From assembly GCA_963667845.2 (NCBI GenBank), contig CAXXVL010000002.1:1888001-1952000 (forward strand): DNA of 64,000 nt. The letters run 5' to 3'. The DNA is from Smithellaceae bacterium. GTDB lineage: Bacteria > Desulfobacterota > Syntrophia > Syntrophales > Smithellaceae. The notes beneath the pieces were generated by a model. That model was given only the letters and a program-made list of their open reading frames with translations, was not told the origin of the DNA and searched no databases. This document shows, piece after piece, positions 1-9,932 of the stretch. The stretch's first letter is position 1; every line of letters starts with the position of its first letter. A program made the translations under genes and the position numbers.

Positions 1-2
1 AT

Positions 3-635
3 GAAGAGAACGTCCAGCTGCAGCAGCTGGAGTGGAATTTAAAGCTTCTCATGAATGTCATGCTGCAATTACAGTCGGCCGATATTCCCTTTCTATTTGT
101 ATCCAGCCAGTTGGCGGAGGAATGCGATACCGTCTATGGCGTAACAAAACATTTGGGAGAGGTATGGACGCATTTGATAAACGGGGTTCGTGTCAGATTC
201 TGGAATGTTTATGGTCCACTGGAAGAGCCTTCGCAGCGCACGCATGTTGTGAGCGATTTTGTTTATCAGGCTGTTCTCAACGGGCGGATCAAGATGTTGA
301 CCACCGGAACGGAAAAGAGACAGTTTGTTCATATCGATGATGTATGCCGCGCCCTGCATCGGGCCATGGATTTGAAGGCGGATGGTGTCTATGACATCAG
401 CAGTTTTGAATGGATCAGCGTACGGGATATTGCCCAGATCATTGCGGAAGAAACCGGTGCTGTTGTTGTTCCCGGCAAGCAGATCGGCAATACGCCGATG
501 ACGCCTATTAAAGGCCGCATCCCCGGTTGGTTGCCGGAAGTGGATTTGCGCTCAGGCCTGCGCGTCATGATTGACGAACTGCACTCTAAACTGAAAAGCG
601 CGAAGAAGAAAGCGGTGAGCGGTCAATGGAGATGA
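3..635 (+). CDS. NAD-dependent epimerase/dehydratase, C-terminal part (truncated by window start)
   Basis: Frame open from position 3; YGVTK (YxxxK), RFWNVYGP and RQFVHIDD motifs of extended SDRs. Confidence 0.85.
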   Translation, partial: EENVQLQQLEWNLKLLMNVMLQLQSADIPFLFVSSQLAEECDTVYGVTKHLGEVWTHLINGVRVRFWNVYGPLEEPSQRTHVVSDFVYQAVLNGRIKMLTTGTEKRQFVHIDDVCRALHRAMDLKADGVYDISSFEWISVRDIAQIIAEETGAVVVPGKQIGNTPMTPIKGRIPGWLPEVDLRSGLRVMIDELHSKLKSAKKKAVSGQWR

Positions 636-1426
636 TTCAAGCCATGGTCATTCGTCAAAAACTGGGCTCCTGGCTCTCTGAGCCTCAGCGTCAATTCCTG
701 AAAAACTTATACTATATGACGTTCCATCCCGGTTACGGATTTGCATTAAAAAGTTGCGGGCTCTCGGCCTACACGATTGAAAACGCCGAACCGGCCCTCT
801 GGTCGGCGGATAATCAAAAACCTCACGGGACAATGATGACTTATTTCGGTTTCCCCCATTTTTTGCTGGCACGGACCATGATTCGGACCTGTAATGTTCA
901 TAGCTGGTGCGACATGGGCACAGGAAGCGCGACGCTTCCCTTCCAGGCCGCGCGTCTCGGTATTGCCGATGTCTTTGCAATCGATGGTTCCGACGCCGCC
1001 TTGCGCGCCGGTAAAGTTTTGTTGCCGCGGAGCAATTATGGCGTGGCGGATATCTGCCTGCCGCTGAACATCAGATCCGCTGACGGCACGCCTGCCCGAT
1101 TTGATGTCGTGTCTGCTCTTGAGCTGGTGGAACACATACCTGACTCAAAACTAAAAGGCCTCTTTGATAACATCAAACGGCTTGAGCCCGAATATGTCAT
1201 TTTTGCCATCGGTCTGCAGCCCGATCCGCCCTATCATGTCAACTTGAAGTCCATGGCGGCATGGCTTGAAGATATATCATCCATGCTTCCCGGCTGGACT
1301 TACGATGACATTCTTTCCACAAAAGTATTCCGGGATACGAACCGCAATACAAGATATATTAACGAATACCCGACCAATCATCTGCCGCTCTACAGGAATT
1401 TGGTTATTTTCACAAAACAACACTAA
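626..1426 (+). CDS. Class I SAM-dependent methyltransferase (probable glycan modification)
   Basis: DMGTGSA motif I, AIDGS, FDVVSALELVEHIP; lies within a polysaccharide locus. Confidence 0.75.
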   Translation: MEMIQAMVIRQKLGSWLSEPQRQFLKNLYYMTFHPGYGFALKSCGLSAYTIENAEPALWSADNQKPHGTMMTYFGFPHFLLARTMIRTCNVHSWCDMGTGSATLPFQAARLGIADVFAIDGSDAALRAGKVLLPRSNYGVADICLPLNIRSADGTPARFDVVSALELVEHIPDSKLKGLFDNIKRLEPEYVIFAIGLQPDPPYHVNLKSMAAWLEDISSMLPGWTYDDILSTKVFRDTNRNTRYINEYPTNHLPLYRNLVIFTKQH

Positions 1427-1446
1427 TCCATAACATTGGTTTCTTT

Positions 1447-2316
1447 ATGACTGACTTGCCGAAGATTTCCATCATCATTCCCACCCGCAACCGGGCCCGC
1501 TATCTGAGGCGCGGATTGGACAGCATTCTTCAATCGGACTATCCCGCACTCGAAATCATCGTGATCGACGGCGCCTCGGCCGATGATACCGTTGAGGTTC
1601 TAAAGGCCTATGGCGACCGGATTACCAAGTGGGTTTCGGAACCGGATGGGGGTGAATATTTTGCCGTCAACAAAGGATTGGCCTGTGCGACGGGTGAGAT
1701 CATCAAATTCATGAGCGATGACGATGTGCTCCTTCCCCGGGCCCTCGGGATCGCCGGACGATATTTTCTGGAACACCCGGAGGTTGATGCTATCTTCGGT
1801 CAGCAGAAATGTTATGTATCGACGCCCCGGGCCGATATCCTGATCGACGATCGGCCTGTACTGGACCCGCGCAGCCTGACACCCCGCAGTTGGATTCGCC
1901 GCGGAAGGAGGGTGCCGAGCCATATTGCGAGCTTTATCCGCAAGCGGGTGATCGACGAGGTGGGCGGCATGTCAACGGCATACTGGCCGGGGGATGTTGA
2001 GTTCTGGGCCCGAGTTTCGAGCCACGGGGCCAGGATGGTTCTGCTGCCCGATCATTTCGTCGATTACTATCTCACCGGGGAGAATGGCGTGATGACGCGG
2101 GCTCGAAAGTGCCAGACGATTTTATACCATACGGCGCGTCTTCACGGGACCCCTGCCGATGTTGCCTATGTGATCTTTGCCAAACTATTGCCCTTTGAGA
2201 TCCTGAATCCCCTCCGCATGGCTTTCCACGCCATAGGGTTCCACCCCCTGCGCTCGTGGTTGATATCAAGAGTGAAACAGCAAGAAAGAGCCGTCACTGA
2301 ACGATATGCAGAATGA
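1447..2316 (+). CDS. Glycosyltransferase family 2
   Basis: ISIIIPTRN, IIVIDGASADDT, SDDD (DxD). Confidence 0.9.
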   Translation: MTDLPKISIIIPTRNRARYLRRGLDSILQSDYPALEIIVIDGASADDTVEVLKAYGDRITKWVSEPDGGEYFAVNKGLACATGEIIKFMSDDDVLLPRALGIAGRYFLEHPEVDAIFGQQKCYVSTPRADILIDDRPVLDPRSLTPRSWIRRGRRVPSHIASFIRKRVIDEVGGMSTAYWPGDVEFWARVSSHGARMVLLPDHFVDYYLTGENGVMTRARKCQTILYHTARLHGTPADVAYVIFAKLLPFEILNPLRMAFHAIGFHPLRSWLISRVKQQERAVTERYAE

Positions 2317-3142
2317 CTTGATCAGCATTATCATCCCAACCATCGGCCGGCCGGTACAACTGGACGCACTGCTGGGGTCTATTTGCAGGTCCGGCTACAC
2401 GGCCTATGAAATCATCATTGTGGACCAGGACCCGACGGGAGCTGCCGATGAGGCGATTGACGGGTATAAAAATCGTTTGCCGATCCGGCACATCAAAGTC
2501 CGTTTTAGAGGCGCGGCCAGGGCAAGAAATTACGGGGCCCAGTTTGCAAAAGGGCAATACCTGTTTTTCCCGGATGACGATTCCGAATTATACCCGGAAA
2601 CACTGGACACAGCCATGACCGCTTTAAGAGACGCAGGCTCCGATGTGTTATTCGGGAAATGTGTTGATCGCGCACTGGCCGATTCTGTAGGTATCTTTTC
2701 CAAAGAAAGCGGTTATCTGTCATTAAACCGTCACGAAGGAATGTTTATTGAAGCGACGATGTTTATAAAAAAGGAAATATTTTCAAAATTCCCCTTCGAC
2801 GAATCCTTTGGTGTCGGGACTTATTATGGATCTGAAGAAGCATATGATCTCGTACTAAGAATGCTTTATGAAAAAGTGCACATGTTTTATACGCCGGAAG
2901 TTAAAATCTATCATCCACGCAAAGTGATCGACCATGCCGACAGCCTTGAAATACAGCGCGTATTGAGCTACCGGCGCGGCTTTGCCCATCTGTGCGTCAA
3001 GCACCGCATGTATAAAAAATACGGTATGCGTCTATTGAAAGTCATTTTGTATGTTCCTTACACGGTTGTCTTCGCTCCGAGAAAAACCCATTATTATTTG
3101 TCGGAACTGATGGGATTGCTCACGGGAGTCATTGTCCGATGA
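2306..3142 (+). CDS. Glycosyltransferase family 2
   Basis: ISIIIPTIGR, IIIVDQ, ARARNYG, FPDDD. Confidence 0.9.
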   Translation: MQNDLISIIIPTIGRPVQLDALLGSICRSGYTAYEIIIVDQDPTGAADEAIDGYKNRLPIRHIKVRFRGAARARNYGAQFAKGQYLFFPDDDSELYPETLDTAMTALRDAGSDVLFGKCVDRALADSVGIFSKESGYLSLNRHEGMFIEATMFIKKEIFSKFPFDESFGVGTYYGSEEAYDLVLRMLYEKVHMFYTPEVKIYHPRKVIDHADSLEIQRVLSYRRGFAHLCVKHRMYKKYGMRLLKVILYVPYTVVFAPRKTHYYLSELMGLLTGVIVR

Positions 3143-4308
3143 ACATGGCAAAATTCAATAATATTTATTTTTATTTTATCGGCTCGCAGTTATTATTTCT
3201 GCCGATCTATTTCTATAACGCCTCGTTGATTCCCGTCACCCTTAATACGGACAAAGCAATTTGGATGCATATCATCGGTCTCATTTGGTCCGCGATAGGG
3301 TATTTGACGATACGATTCGCTTACGCCCTGAAAGGAGAACAGCAGGAGGAGCGAAGCGAAGACAGGCAATATTCCTTAAGTCAGGCATTTTATATTTTTG
3401 CATACCTGCTGACCCTTGCGGGGACAATCGTAGCCGTATTGCAGGTTATTCTGTTTGTTCCGCTTAACGAATATATTTCACAATTATTCGGCAGTGACTT
3501 TGAGGCGGAGATCCGGGTGGCTTATCTTCTGAAATCTGATGAAGGCGGTTTGCCGGGCATCATTAAGATTTTCGCCTATGCTCCTCTATCAATATATTTG
3601 ATGTCGCTCGGGCTTTTAAATTTCGTCAAGCTATCCGAAACAGATATGCGAAGGCTCAAGATTTTGAGCATCATTGCGCTGGGGGCAATTCTGATTAAAG
3701 TATTCTTCTCTCTCGACAGATTAACGATCATGGCAGTTCTATTGGCTAATGTTTTTATCGGGTTTAAGCAGGGATACTTGAAACAAATCCGATACTGGAT
3801 AATGATTGCAGCCATCTTATTCCTGGCGAATTATTTATCGATAAAACGTTTAAATAATGTAGGTCTTATCGATTTTATCTTAATGTATTTCAAACTGGGA
3901 TTAGTCAACTTTCAGCTGATGATTGACACGTGCTCTCAATATACTTATGGTTTTTCCACAATCCTGGGGCCAGTATATTTTATCTTCAAATTTATCCATC
4001 AGCCGATGCCGGATTTCGTTAATAACAGTCAATATGAATGGGAATGGAATCCTGCACAGTATTTCTCGTCATACGCATTTCAGGATTTCGGATATTTTTA
4101 TTTTATTTTATTTTATTTTATCGGGATTGTATTATTTTTTATCGATTTTAAAGCCTTGGAACAAAAGAATATTAATTACAGCACAATTTATTTTGTTGTT
4201 TTATATGGTGTTGTTTCTTTTCTATTTGTTCCTGCAATTCGCGGGATTGAATTTTGGTTTGCCTTGTCCATTCCTTTGTTATTGAACCGGTTTGTCCACG
4301 AGTATTAG
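3139..4308 (+). CDS. wzy: O-antigen/oligosaccharide repeat-unit polymerase (Wzy-like)
   Basis: About 10 hydrophobic segments, AT-rich, a QDFG motif near the C-terminus, located between glycosyltransferases. Confidence 0.7.
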   Translation: MNMAKFNNIYFYFIGSQLLFLPIYFYNASLIPVTLNTDKAIWMHIIGLIWSAIGYLTIRFAYALKGEQQEERSEDRQYSLSQAFYIFAYLLTLAGTIVAVLQVILFVPLNEYISQLFGSDFEAEIRVAYLLKSDEGGLPGIIKIFAYAPLSIYLMSLGLLNFVKLSETDMRRLKILSIIALGAILIKVFFSLDRLTIMAVLLANVFIGFKQGYLKQIRYWIMIAAILFLANYLSIKRLNNVGLIDFILMYFKLGLVNFQLMIDTCSQYTYGFSTILGPVYFIFKFIHQPMPDFVNNSQYEWEWNPAQYFSSYAFQDFGYFYFILFYFIGIVLFFIDFKALEQKNINYSTIYFVVLYGVVSFLFVPAIRGIEFWFALSIPLLLNRFVHEY

Positions 4309-4361
4309 ACCGGAAGTGCCCTTTGGATTAAGGTATCGACGTTTTGCGGAAAAATATAGTT

Positions 4362-5369
4362 ATGGTCAACATAGAATTTGATGATTTGATATATTCTCTT
4401 CAAAAAACCGGCGGCATTTCAGTTTATTGGCGCGAAATAACTTCCAGAATCAGTCAAATGAATGATGCAGCTGTCACTAAATCGACATATCATAAGCGGC
4501 TCAGAGGCATTCCTGTTATTTCAAGCGCGGATGTGTTTCATTCGTCCCATTTCAGGTTTTCAATATTTGGCAAGGCCGCGAATGTAACGACGGCGCATGA
4601 TTTAATTTATGAAAAAGGGCTTATCGCCAATGGTCTTGGAGCAAAACTTAATTTGCGTGAAAGAAAGGTGTCTTTCTTTATGGCCGACGCGATCATTTGT
4701 ATATCCGAAAATACAAAGAGAGATCTTCTTCAAATTTATCCCGCGCTGAAGGGCCGCTGTCCTGTTTATGTCATATACCTTGGGATGAATATTCACAGGC
4801 CCGATGTGATGTCGGAAAATACGGCTGATAAAACCGGTAATCCCTATTTGCTGTATGTTGGTGGTCGTTCCGGTTATAAAAATTTTACGGGCGCTCTCGA
4901 GGGTTATTTGTTATCCGGACTCTGGCGAGAAGGTATAAAGCTCATCTGCACAGGTCAAAAATTCAGTGAAGATGAAACAAAGTCATTCAAAAATAAGGGC
5001 GTAGAAAGAATGGTGGTATGTGAAGAACATGTTAATTCAGAACGCCTTTACGAACTTTATAGAAATGCGTATTGTTTGCTCTATACATCTTCATATGAGG
5101 GGTTCGGTCTTCCGCCAATTGAAGCAATGAGTGCCGGTTGTCCTGTTATTGCATCCAATATTTCATCTATTCCCGAGGTTGTCGGAGACGCTGGAATTCT
5201 AATAGATCCATTTCAGCATGAGGATATCTCAAAGGCCATATTGATGCTGAAAAATGACGAGATCAGAGATGACCTGATAAATAGAGGAATGCGGCGAGCA
5301 AAACTTTTTTCGTGGGATAACTGTGCAGCGAATCACTTTAAAGTATACAAAGAAATAGCACAATTGTAA
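4362..5369 (+). CDS. Glycosyltransferase family 4 (GT-B)
   Basis: [25 protein letters not shown] (ExFGLxxxEA); ATG 4362 preferred to TTG 4344. Confidence 0.9.
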   Translation: MVNIEFDDLIYSLQKTGGISVYWREITSRISQMNDAAVTKSTYHKRLRGIPVISSADVFHSSHFRFSIFGKAANVTTAHDLIYEKGLIANGLGAKLNLRERKVSFFMADAIICISENTKRDLLQIYPALKGRCPVYVIYLGMNIHRPDVMSENTADKTGNPYLLYVGGRSGYKNFTGALEGYLLSGLWREGIKLICTGQKFSEDETKSFKNKGVERMVVCEEHVNSERLYELYRNAYCLLYTSSYEGFGLPPIEAMSAGCPVIASNISSIPEVVGDAGILIDPFQHEDISKAILMLKNDEIRDDLINRGMRRAKLFSWDNCAANHFKVYKEIAQL

Positions 5370-5577
5370 TCTAACCCTATTCACCGTGTCGCCGAAATCA
5401 TTACAAGATGATTCATTTACCAGAAGACTGTGAATCCTCAAACTCTGCCCATTCCATCACCATTTCTTCGCCCGTGGCATCTGCGACTAAGACCGTTTGG
5501 TAAAAGCTTAACGGCGCGTAGATGTCTCAATGAATGAATAAAGGTTAAAATTAAATTGAAAGCAAGGCAGGCAATCC

Positions 5578-6375
5578 ATGATTTGCTCGGCAATGCCGAT
5601 ACCCGGCACTGATAATGCACCAAAGGTCTCAATTGTCACAGTCGTTTTGAACGGCGTGCAACATATTGAGGATTGCCTTTGCAGTGTTTTCAGCCAGTCT
5701 TATCGGAATGTCGAATACATCGTTATTGATGGAGGTTCGACGGATGGAACGATTGACGTGATCAGGAAGTACGAATCACAGATATCCATGAAAATCTGCG
5801 AGCCGGATCATGGAATTTATGATGCCATGAATAAAGGAATCTTGAAATCAAGCGGTGAGATCGTAGGAATTTTGAACTCGGATGATGTGTATGCCAACGA
5901 CAATGTCCTCGAGCAGGTTGTTGACTGCTTCCGGGAAACTCATACGGATACCTGCTACGGTGATCTGGCCTATGTGGACCGCAATGACATGAATAGGACC
6001 ATCAGATACTGGAAATCTGACCGTTACAAGAAGGAGAACTTCAAGCGGGGCTGGATGCCCCCGCATCCCGCATTCTTTGTCAGGCGCGACATTTATGAAA
6101 GATACGGTGGTTTTCATCTGAGTTTTCCGATCGCGGCCGATTATGAATTGATGCTGCGGTTCTTATACAAAAACGATGTTTCCACCGCGTACGTGCCGGC
6201 ATGCCTGGTCAAAATGAGGACAGGCGGATTCAGCCGTCCCGGATTGTCCAATACCTTCAAAAACATGGTCGAGAATTATCATGCCTGGGAGGTGAACGGT
6301 CTTAAACCCAGTCCGTTAACCTTTCTCATGAAACCGCTTGCCAAAATGACGCAATACGTGAGGACAGAGACATGA
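5578..6375 (+). CDS. Glycosyltransferase family 2 (WcaE/WfgS-like)
   Basis: VSIVTVVLN, IDGGSTDGT, EPDHGIYDAMNKG, LNSDD, PPHPAFF. Confidence 0.9.
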   Translation: MICSAMPIPGTDNAPKVSIVTVVLNGVQHIEDCLCSVFSQSYRNVEYIVIDGGSTDGTIDVIRKYESQISMKICEPDHGIYDAMNKGILKSSGEIVGILNSDDVYANDNVLEQVVDCFRETHTDTCYGDLAYVDRNDMNRTIRYWKSDRYKKENFKRGWMPPHPAFFVRRDIYERYGGFHLSFPIAADYELMLRFLYKNDVSTAYVPACLVKMRTGGFSRPGLSNTFKNMVENYHAWEVNGLKPSPLTFLMKPLAKMTQYVRTET

Positions 6376-7742
6376 AAAGAAGAACATACAAAGATCAACG
6401 ATACATGCTTTACGGCGATATCCCGATTATCGCTATCTCCTTCCTTTTGCTGCCGAGTGTCCTTTATAAAATTTTCCCTAATCCGTTAAAGATGATTGAC
6501 ACGATGAATGTAATTCTCGCGTCTGCCTGTCTGTTTGTCCTGTATTCCTTTTATTTGTACAACATTAGGCAGCGGATAAAAAATATAAACTTCACGTTCA
6601 GATTTCTCCTGGCTGTCACCATGATCAATATTGTGAACGTCTCTGTCATTTATCTTGTTCATCTGCGCGACTATAATTCATTGATCATCTTTATCAGCAG
6701 TTCATTGACTGTGATGCTGCTGATCATCTGGAGACTTGTTTTTATCTCGATGGCCGGGGTCGCAAAAAAGCCGCTTCGGATCATTATTTTCGGCGCCGGC
6801 AGCTCCGGACGGGGATTATATGATCTGCTGAAAACGAATGCCGGCTATCGTGTGGTCGGATTTGTCGATGATGACCGGGCCAAACGCGACCTCAATATCG
6901 ACGGCTTGCGTGTTTTGGGAGGGCGCGAGGATCTAATTACGTTAACAAAAAGATATGACGTCAATAAGGTGATTGTCTGCGTCGGCAAATCAATTCAACC
7001 GGATGTTTATCCCAGATTGGTCGAGGCCAACTTCGGCGGAGTGCAGGTCTGCGAGCTGCCCACCTTTTACGAAAAAATAGCCGGCAAGATACCGGTTCTT
7101 CAAACCAGTGACGTCTGGTTCGGTTACGCCGACATCTCCGGCGTCAAAAGAAATATCTACAATACCCTGCTCAAAAATATTCTGGATAAACTGCTGGCGG
7201 TTATCGTTCTGATACTGACGGCGCCTTTAATTATCTTAACGGCCGCGTTGATTAAATTGGAATCGAAAGGGCCGGTCTTCTATTCGCAAAAGCGGGTGGG
7301 TTTAAACGAAGAGATCTTCGTTTTGCACAAATTTCGTTCCATGCATATCGATGCAGAAGCCAATGGCGCCGTCTGGGCGCAGGAAAACGATCCGCGGACG
7401 ACTCGTGTTGGGAAGGTGATCCGTCTTTTGCGGATTGATGAGCTGCCGCAGCTTTGGAATGTCCTGATGGGTGAAATGAGCTTTGTCGGTCCCAGGCCCG
7501 AGCGGCCGGAATTTGTTCGGGAATTGAAGAAAGAAATACCCTACTATGCGTTTCGGCATTCCGTTTTGCCCGGCATTACCGGCTGGGCGCAAATCAATTA
7601 CAATTATGGAGCTTCGAAAGAAGATGCTCGGGAAAAGCTCCAATTTGATCTCTATTACATCAAGAACGAGGCGTTTTGGCTCGATCTTTCTATTCTGCTG
7701 CAGACCATTCCGGTGATGCTGTTCGGGATAGGTGCGAGATGA
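6372..7742 (+). CDS. Undecaprenyl-phosphate sugar phosphotransferase (priming glycosyltransferase; resembles the PEP-CTERM-associated type)
   Basis: N-terminal TM helices, FGAGSSG Rossmann-like region, KFRSM, RIDELPQLWNVLMGEMSFVGPRPERP, DLYYIKN. Confidence 0.92.
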   Translation: MKRRTYKDQRYMLYGDIPIIAISFLLLPSVLYKIFPNPLKMIDTMNVILASACLFVLYSFYLYNIRQRIKNINFTFRFLLAVTMINIVNVSVIYLVHLRDYNSLIIFISSSLTVMLLIIWRLVFISMAGVAKKPLRIIIFGAGSSGRGLYDLLKTNAGYRVVGFVDDDRAKRDLNIDGLRVLGGREDLITLTKRYDVNKVIVCVGKSIQPDVYPRLVEANFGGVQVCELPTFYEKIAGKIPVLQTSDVWFGYADISGVKRNIYNTLLKNILDKLLAVIVLILTAPLIILTAALIKLESKGPVFYSQKRVGLNEEIFVLHKFRSMHIDAEANGAVWAQENDPRTTRVGKVIRLLRIDELPQLWNVLMGEMSFVGPRPERPEFVRELKKEIPYYAFRHSVLPGITGWAQINYNYGASKEDAREKLQFDLYYIKNEAFWLDLSILLQTIPVMLFGIGAR

Positions 7743-7755
7743 AAGGAGTGGGAAA

Positions 7756-8844
7756 ATGCGAATACTAGTCACAGGTGGAGCGGGCTATATCGGCAGTCAC
7801 GTTGTCAAGCAATTGGGTCGTGAGAACCATACCATCGCCGTCTACGACAATTTGTCAACAGGCCATGACTGGGCGGTTCTTTATGGTGATCTGATCGTCG
7901 GTGATCTGGCTGATGTCGGACTATTGAAGTACACCATAAAGAAATTTGCGCCTGATGCGGTCATGCATTTTGCGGCGTCGATTCAGGTAGAAGAATCCAC
8001 CAGATTACCTTTGCTCTATTATCAGAATAATGTCGTCAATACTCTGAATCTGTTGAATGCGATGCTCCAGAACAATGTTCGCCGATTGGTCTATTCCTCT
8101 ACTGCTGCAGTTTACGGTATCCCGGCGAAGGTCCCTGTCGATGAATCGGCGCCGCTGTGTCCGATTAATCCCTACGGGGCATCCAAGGTTGTGGTTGAAA
8201 ATGTCCTGCAGGATTTGGCCAGAGCCTCCGGGCTCCAATTTGATGTTTTGAGATATTTCAATGTTGCCGGAGCCGATCCCGACGGACAGCTCGGACAGGC
8301 ATACAAGGAGGCCACTCATCTGATTACGTGCGCACTGAAAACGGCCAGGGGTGCGTTTCCTAAATTGGCCGTGTACGGTACGGACTACAATACACCGGAC
8401 GGAACCTGTGTGCGGGATTATATCCATGTCGCTGACCTGGCCTCGGCGCATCTGTGTGTGCTGCGGGATCAGCATGCCCAAGCAAGCCAAAAGACCCGGC
8501 AAAATATCATGAACTGCGGCTATGGCCACGGCTTTTCAGTAAAGGACGTTGTCAAAATGACAAAGAAGGTAACGGGGGTTGACTTTGAGGTTGAGGAACA
8601 GCCGCCCCGGGCCGGTGACGCGCCCATGATTATAGCCGATTCGGAAAAAATAAAAAAGATGTTCGGCTGGAAGCCCCAATATGATGATCTGGAATTCATC
8701 ATCAGGACGGCGTGGGAATGGGAAAAGAAGTATGAACCGACAAACAGCACCAGTGCGGAGAAAGAAGATTATACACTTTCTGCGCCACAGGTGTCTGCGG
8801 CAAATAGTCTGCATCATTGCGCCGGCCAAATGACTTTCGCATAA
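7756..8844 (+). CDS. galE: UDP-glucose 4-epimerase
   Basis: ILVTGGAGYIGSH, YGASK, LRYFNVAGA, DGTCVRDYIHV; RBS AGGAG before ATG 7756. Confidence 0.92.
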   Translation: MRILVTGGAGYIGSHVVKQLGRENHTIAVYDNLSTGHDWAVLYGDLIVGDLADVGLLKYTIKKFAPDAVMHFAASIQVEESTRLPLLYYQNNVVNTLNLLNAMLQNNVRRLVYSSTAAVYGIPAKVPVDESAPLCPINPYGASKVVVENVLQDLARASGLQFDVLRYFNVAGADPDGQLGQAYKEATHLITCALKTARGAFPKLAVYGTDYNTPDGTCVRDYIHVADLASAHLCVLRDQHAQASQKTRQNIMNCGYGHGFSVKDVVKMTKKVTGVDFEVEEQPPRAGDAPMIIADSEKIKKMFGWKPQYDDLEFIIRTAWEWEKKYEPTNSTSAEKEDYTLSAPQVSAANSLHHCAGQMTFA

Positions 8845-8918
8845 TGATTGCCTTGAAGGGTTGATATATTTCATTTGAGCGTTTCATCTGCACAAAATAA
8901 ATCAGGTAAAGGATTTTC

Positions 8919-9887
8919 GTGATGACTGATCAAAGCTCGCTTGGTGGTTCTGGAACAGCAGGGATACTTCTCTACTGGCGGGTCATAAGCAGGCAGCGTA
9001 AATTTCTCGGTATTTTTGTAGCAGCAGCCGTCGTCTTGACAATGATCACATCATTGTTTCTGACGAATATCTACAGTGCTGCCGCAATCATTATACCCGT
9101 TGCCCCAAAGGAGACGGGCAGCAGCGGTATTGCCGCATCACTGATGCAGCAGGTAGGGGGGCTGCCGGGGATAACCGTTCCCGAAACGGCATCTTCCTCT
9201 GAAATTGTCACGTTGCTGAGATCAAACGTTCTGCGGGAAAAAATCATTACAAAAAATGATCTGCTGCCAAAGTTATTTCCTGAAGAATGGAATAAGGAAG
9301 CTAAAACCTGGAAGGTAAACGCCGGTTTTACCCTGAATCCGTTTACGCTGAGTAAAAAACTGATCCGATTCATAAAGCCCGCCGGTAATAAAAACCCGGT
9401 CCATGATGAGGGCATTCCCAGTATCTGGGATGGGTTGCGTAAACTGGACGACACGGTTGCAATTATGAGCAACGTCAAAGAAAAAACGATCCAGATTTCA
9501 GCCGAATCCGATGATCCGGTTTTGTCGGCACAGATCGTGGGCTATTATCTGTCCGCCCTGAACGATCACATGAGCGGTGAGGCAAAGAGAGTGGCCACGA
9601 TCAATAGAAGCTACCTCGAGGAACAGCTGTCCCAGACCATGGATCCGTTCATCAAACAAAAAATTTACAATATGATTGCCCAGCAGCTTGAAACGTCAAT
9701 GATGGCGGAAGTGAAAGAAAATTTTGCCTTTAAAATCATCGATCCGCCCAGAGTCCCCGATCGGAAGGTTAAACCCAAAAGGCTTCAGATGGTGATGATC
9801 GGTTTATTATCTTCTTTGTTTATCGGCCTCCTGATCGTCTTCATTAGAGAGAACTTAGATCGGATCAAAGCGCAAAAAAACAAATAA
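8919..9887 (+). CDS. wzz: Wzz-family chain-length determinant (polysaccharide co-polymerase)
   Basis: Two terminal TM helices; Pro-rich IIDPPRVPDRKVKPKR before TM2; no kinase domain. Confidence 0.8.
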   Translation: MMTDQSSLGGSGTAGILLYWRVISRQRKFLGIFVAAAVVLTMITSLFLTNIYSAAAIIIPVAPKETGSSGIAASLMQQVGGLPGITVPETASSSEIVTLLRSNVLREKIITKNDLLPKLFPEEWNKEAKTWKVNAGFTLNPFTLSKKLIRFIKPAGNKNPVHDEGIPSIWDGLRKLDDTVAIMSNVKEKTIQISAESDDPVLSAQIVGYYLSALNDHMSGEAKRVATINRSYLEEQLSQTMDPFIKQKIYNMIAQQLETSMMAEVKENFAFKIIDPPRVPDRKVKPKRLQMVMIGLLSSLFIGLLIVFIRENLDRIKAQKNK

Positions 9888-9932
9888 TTTATTGTGGTCA
9901 TCGCGTGAGAAAAGGAGCGAAAGGAGATTAAA

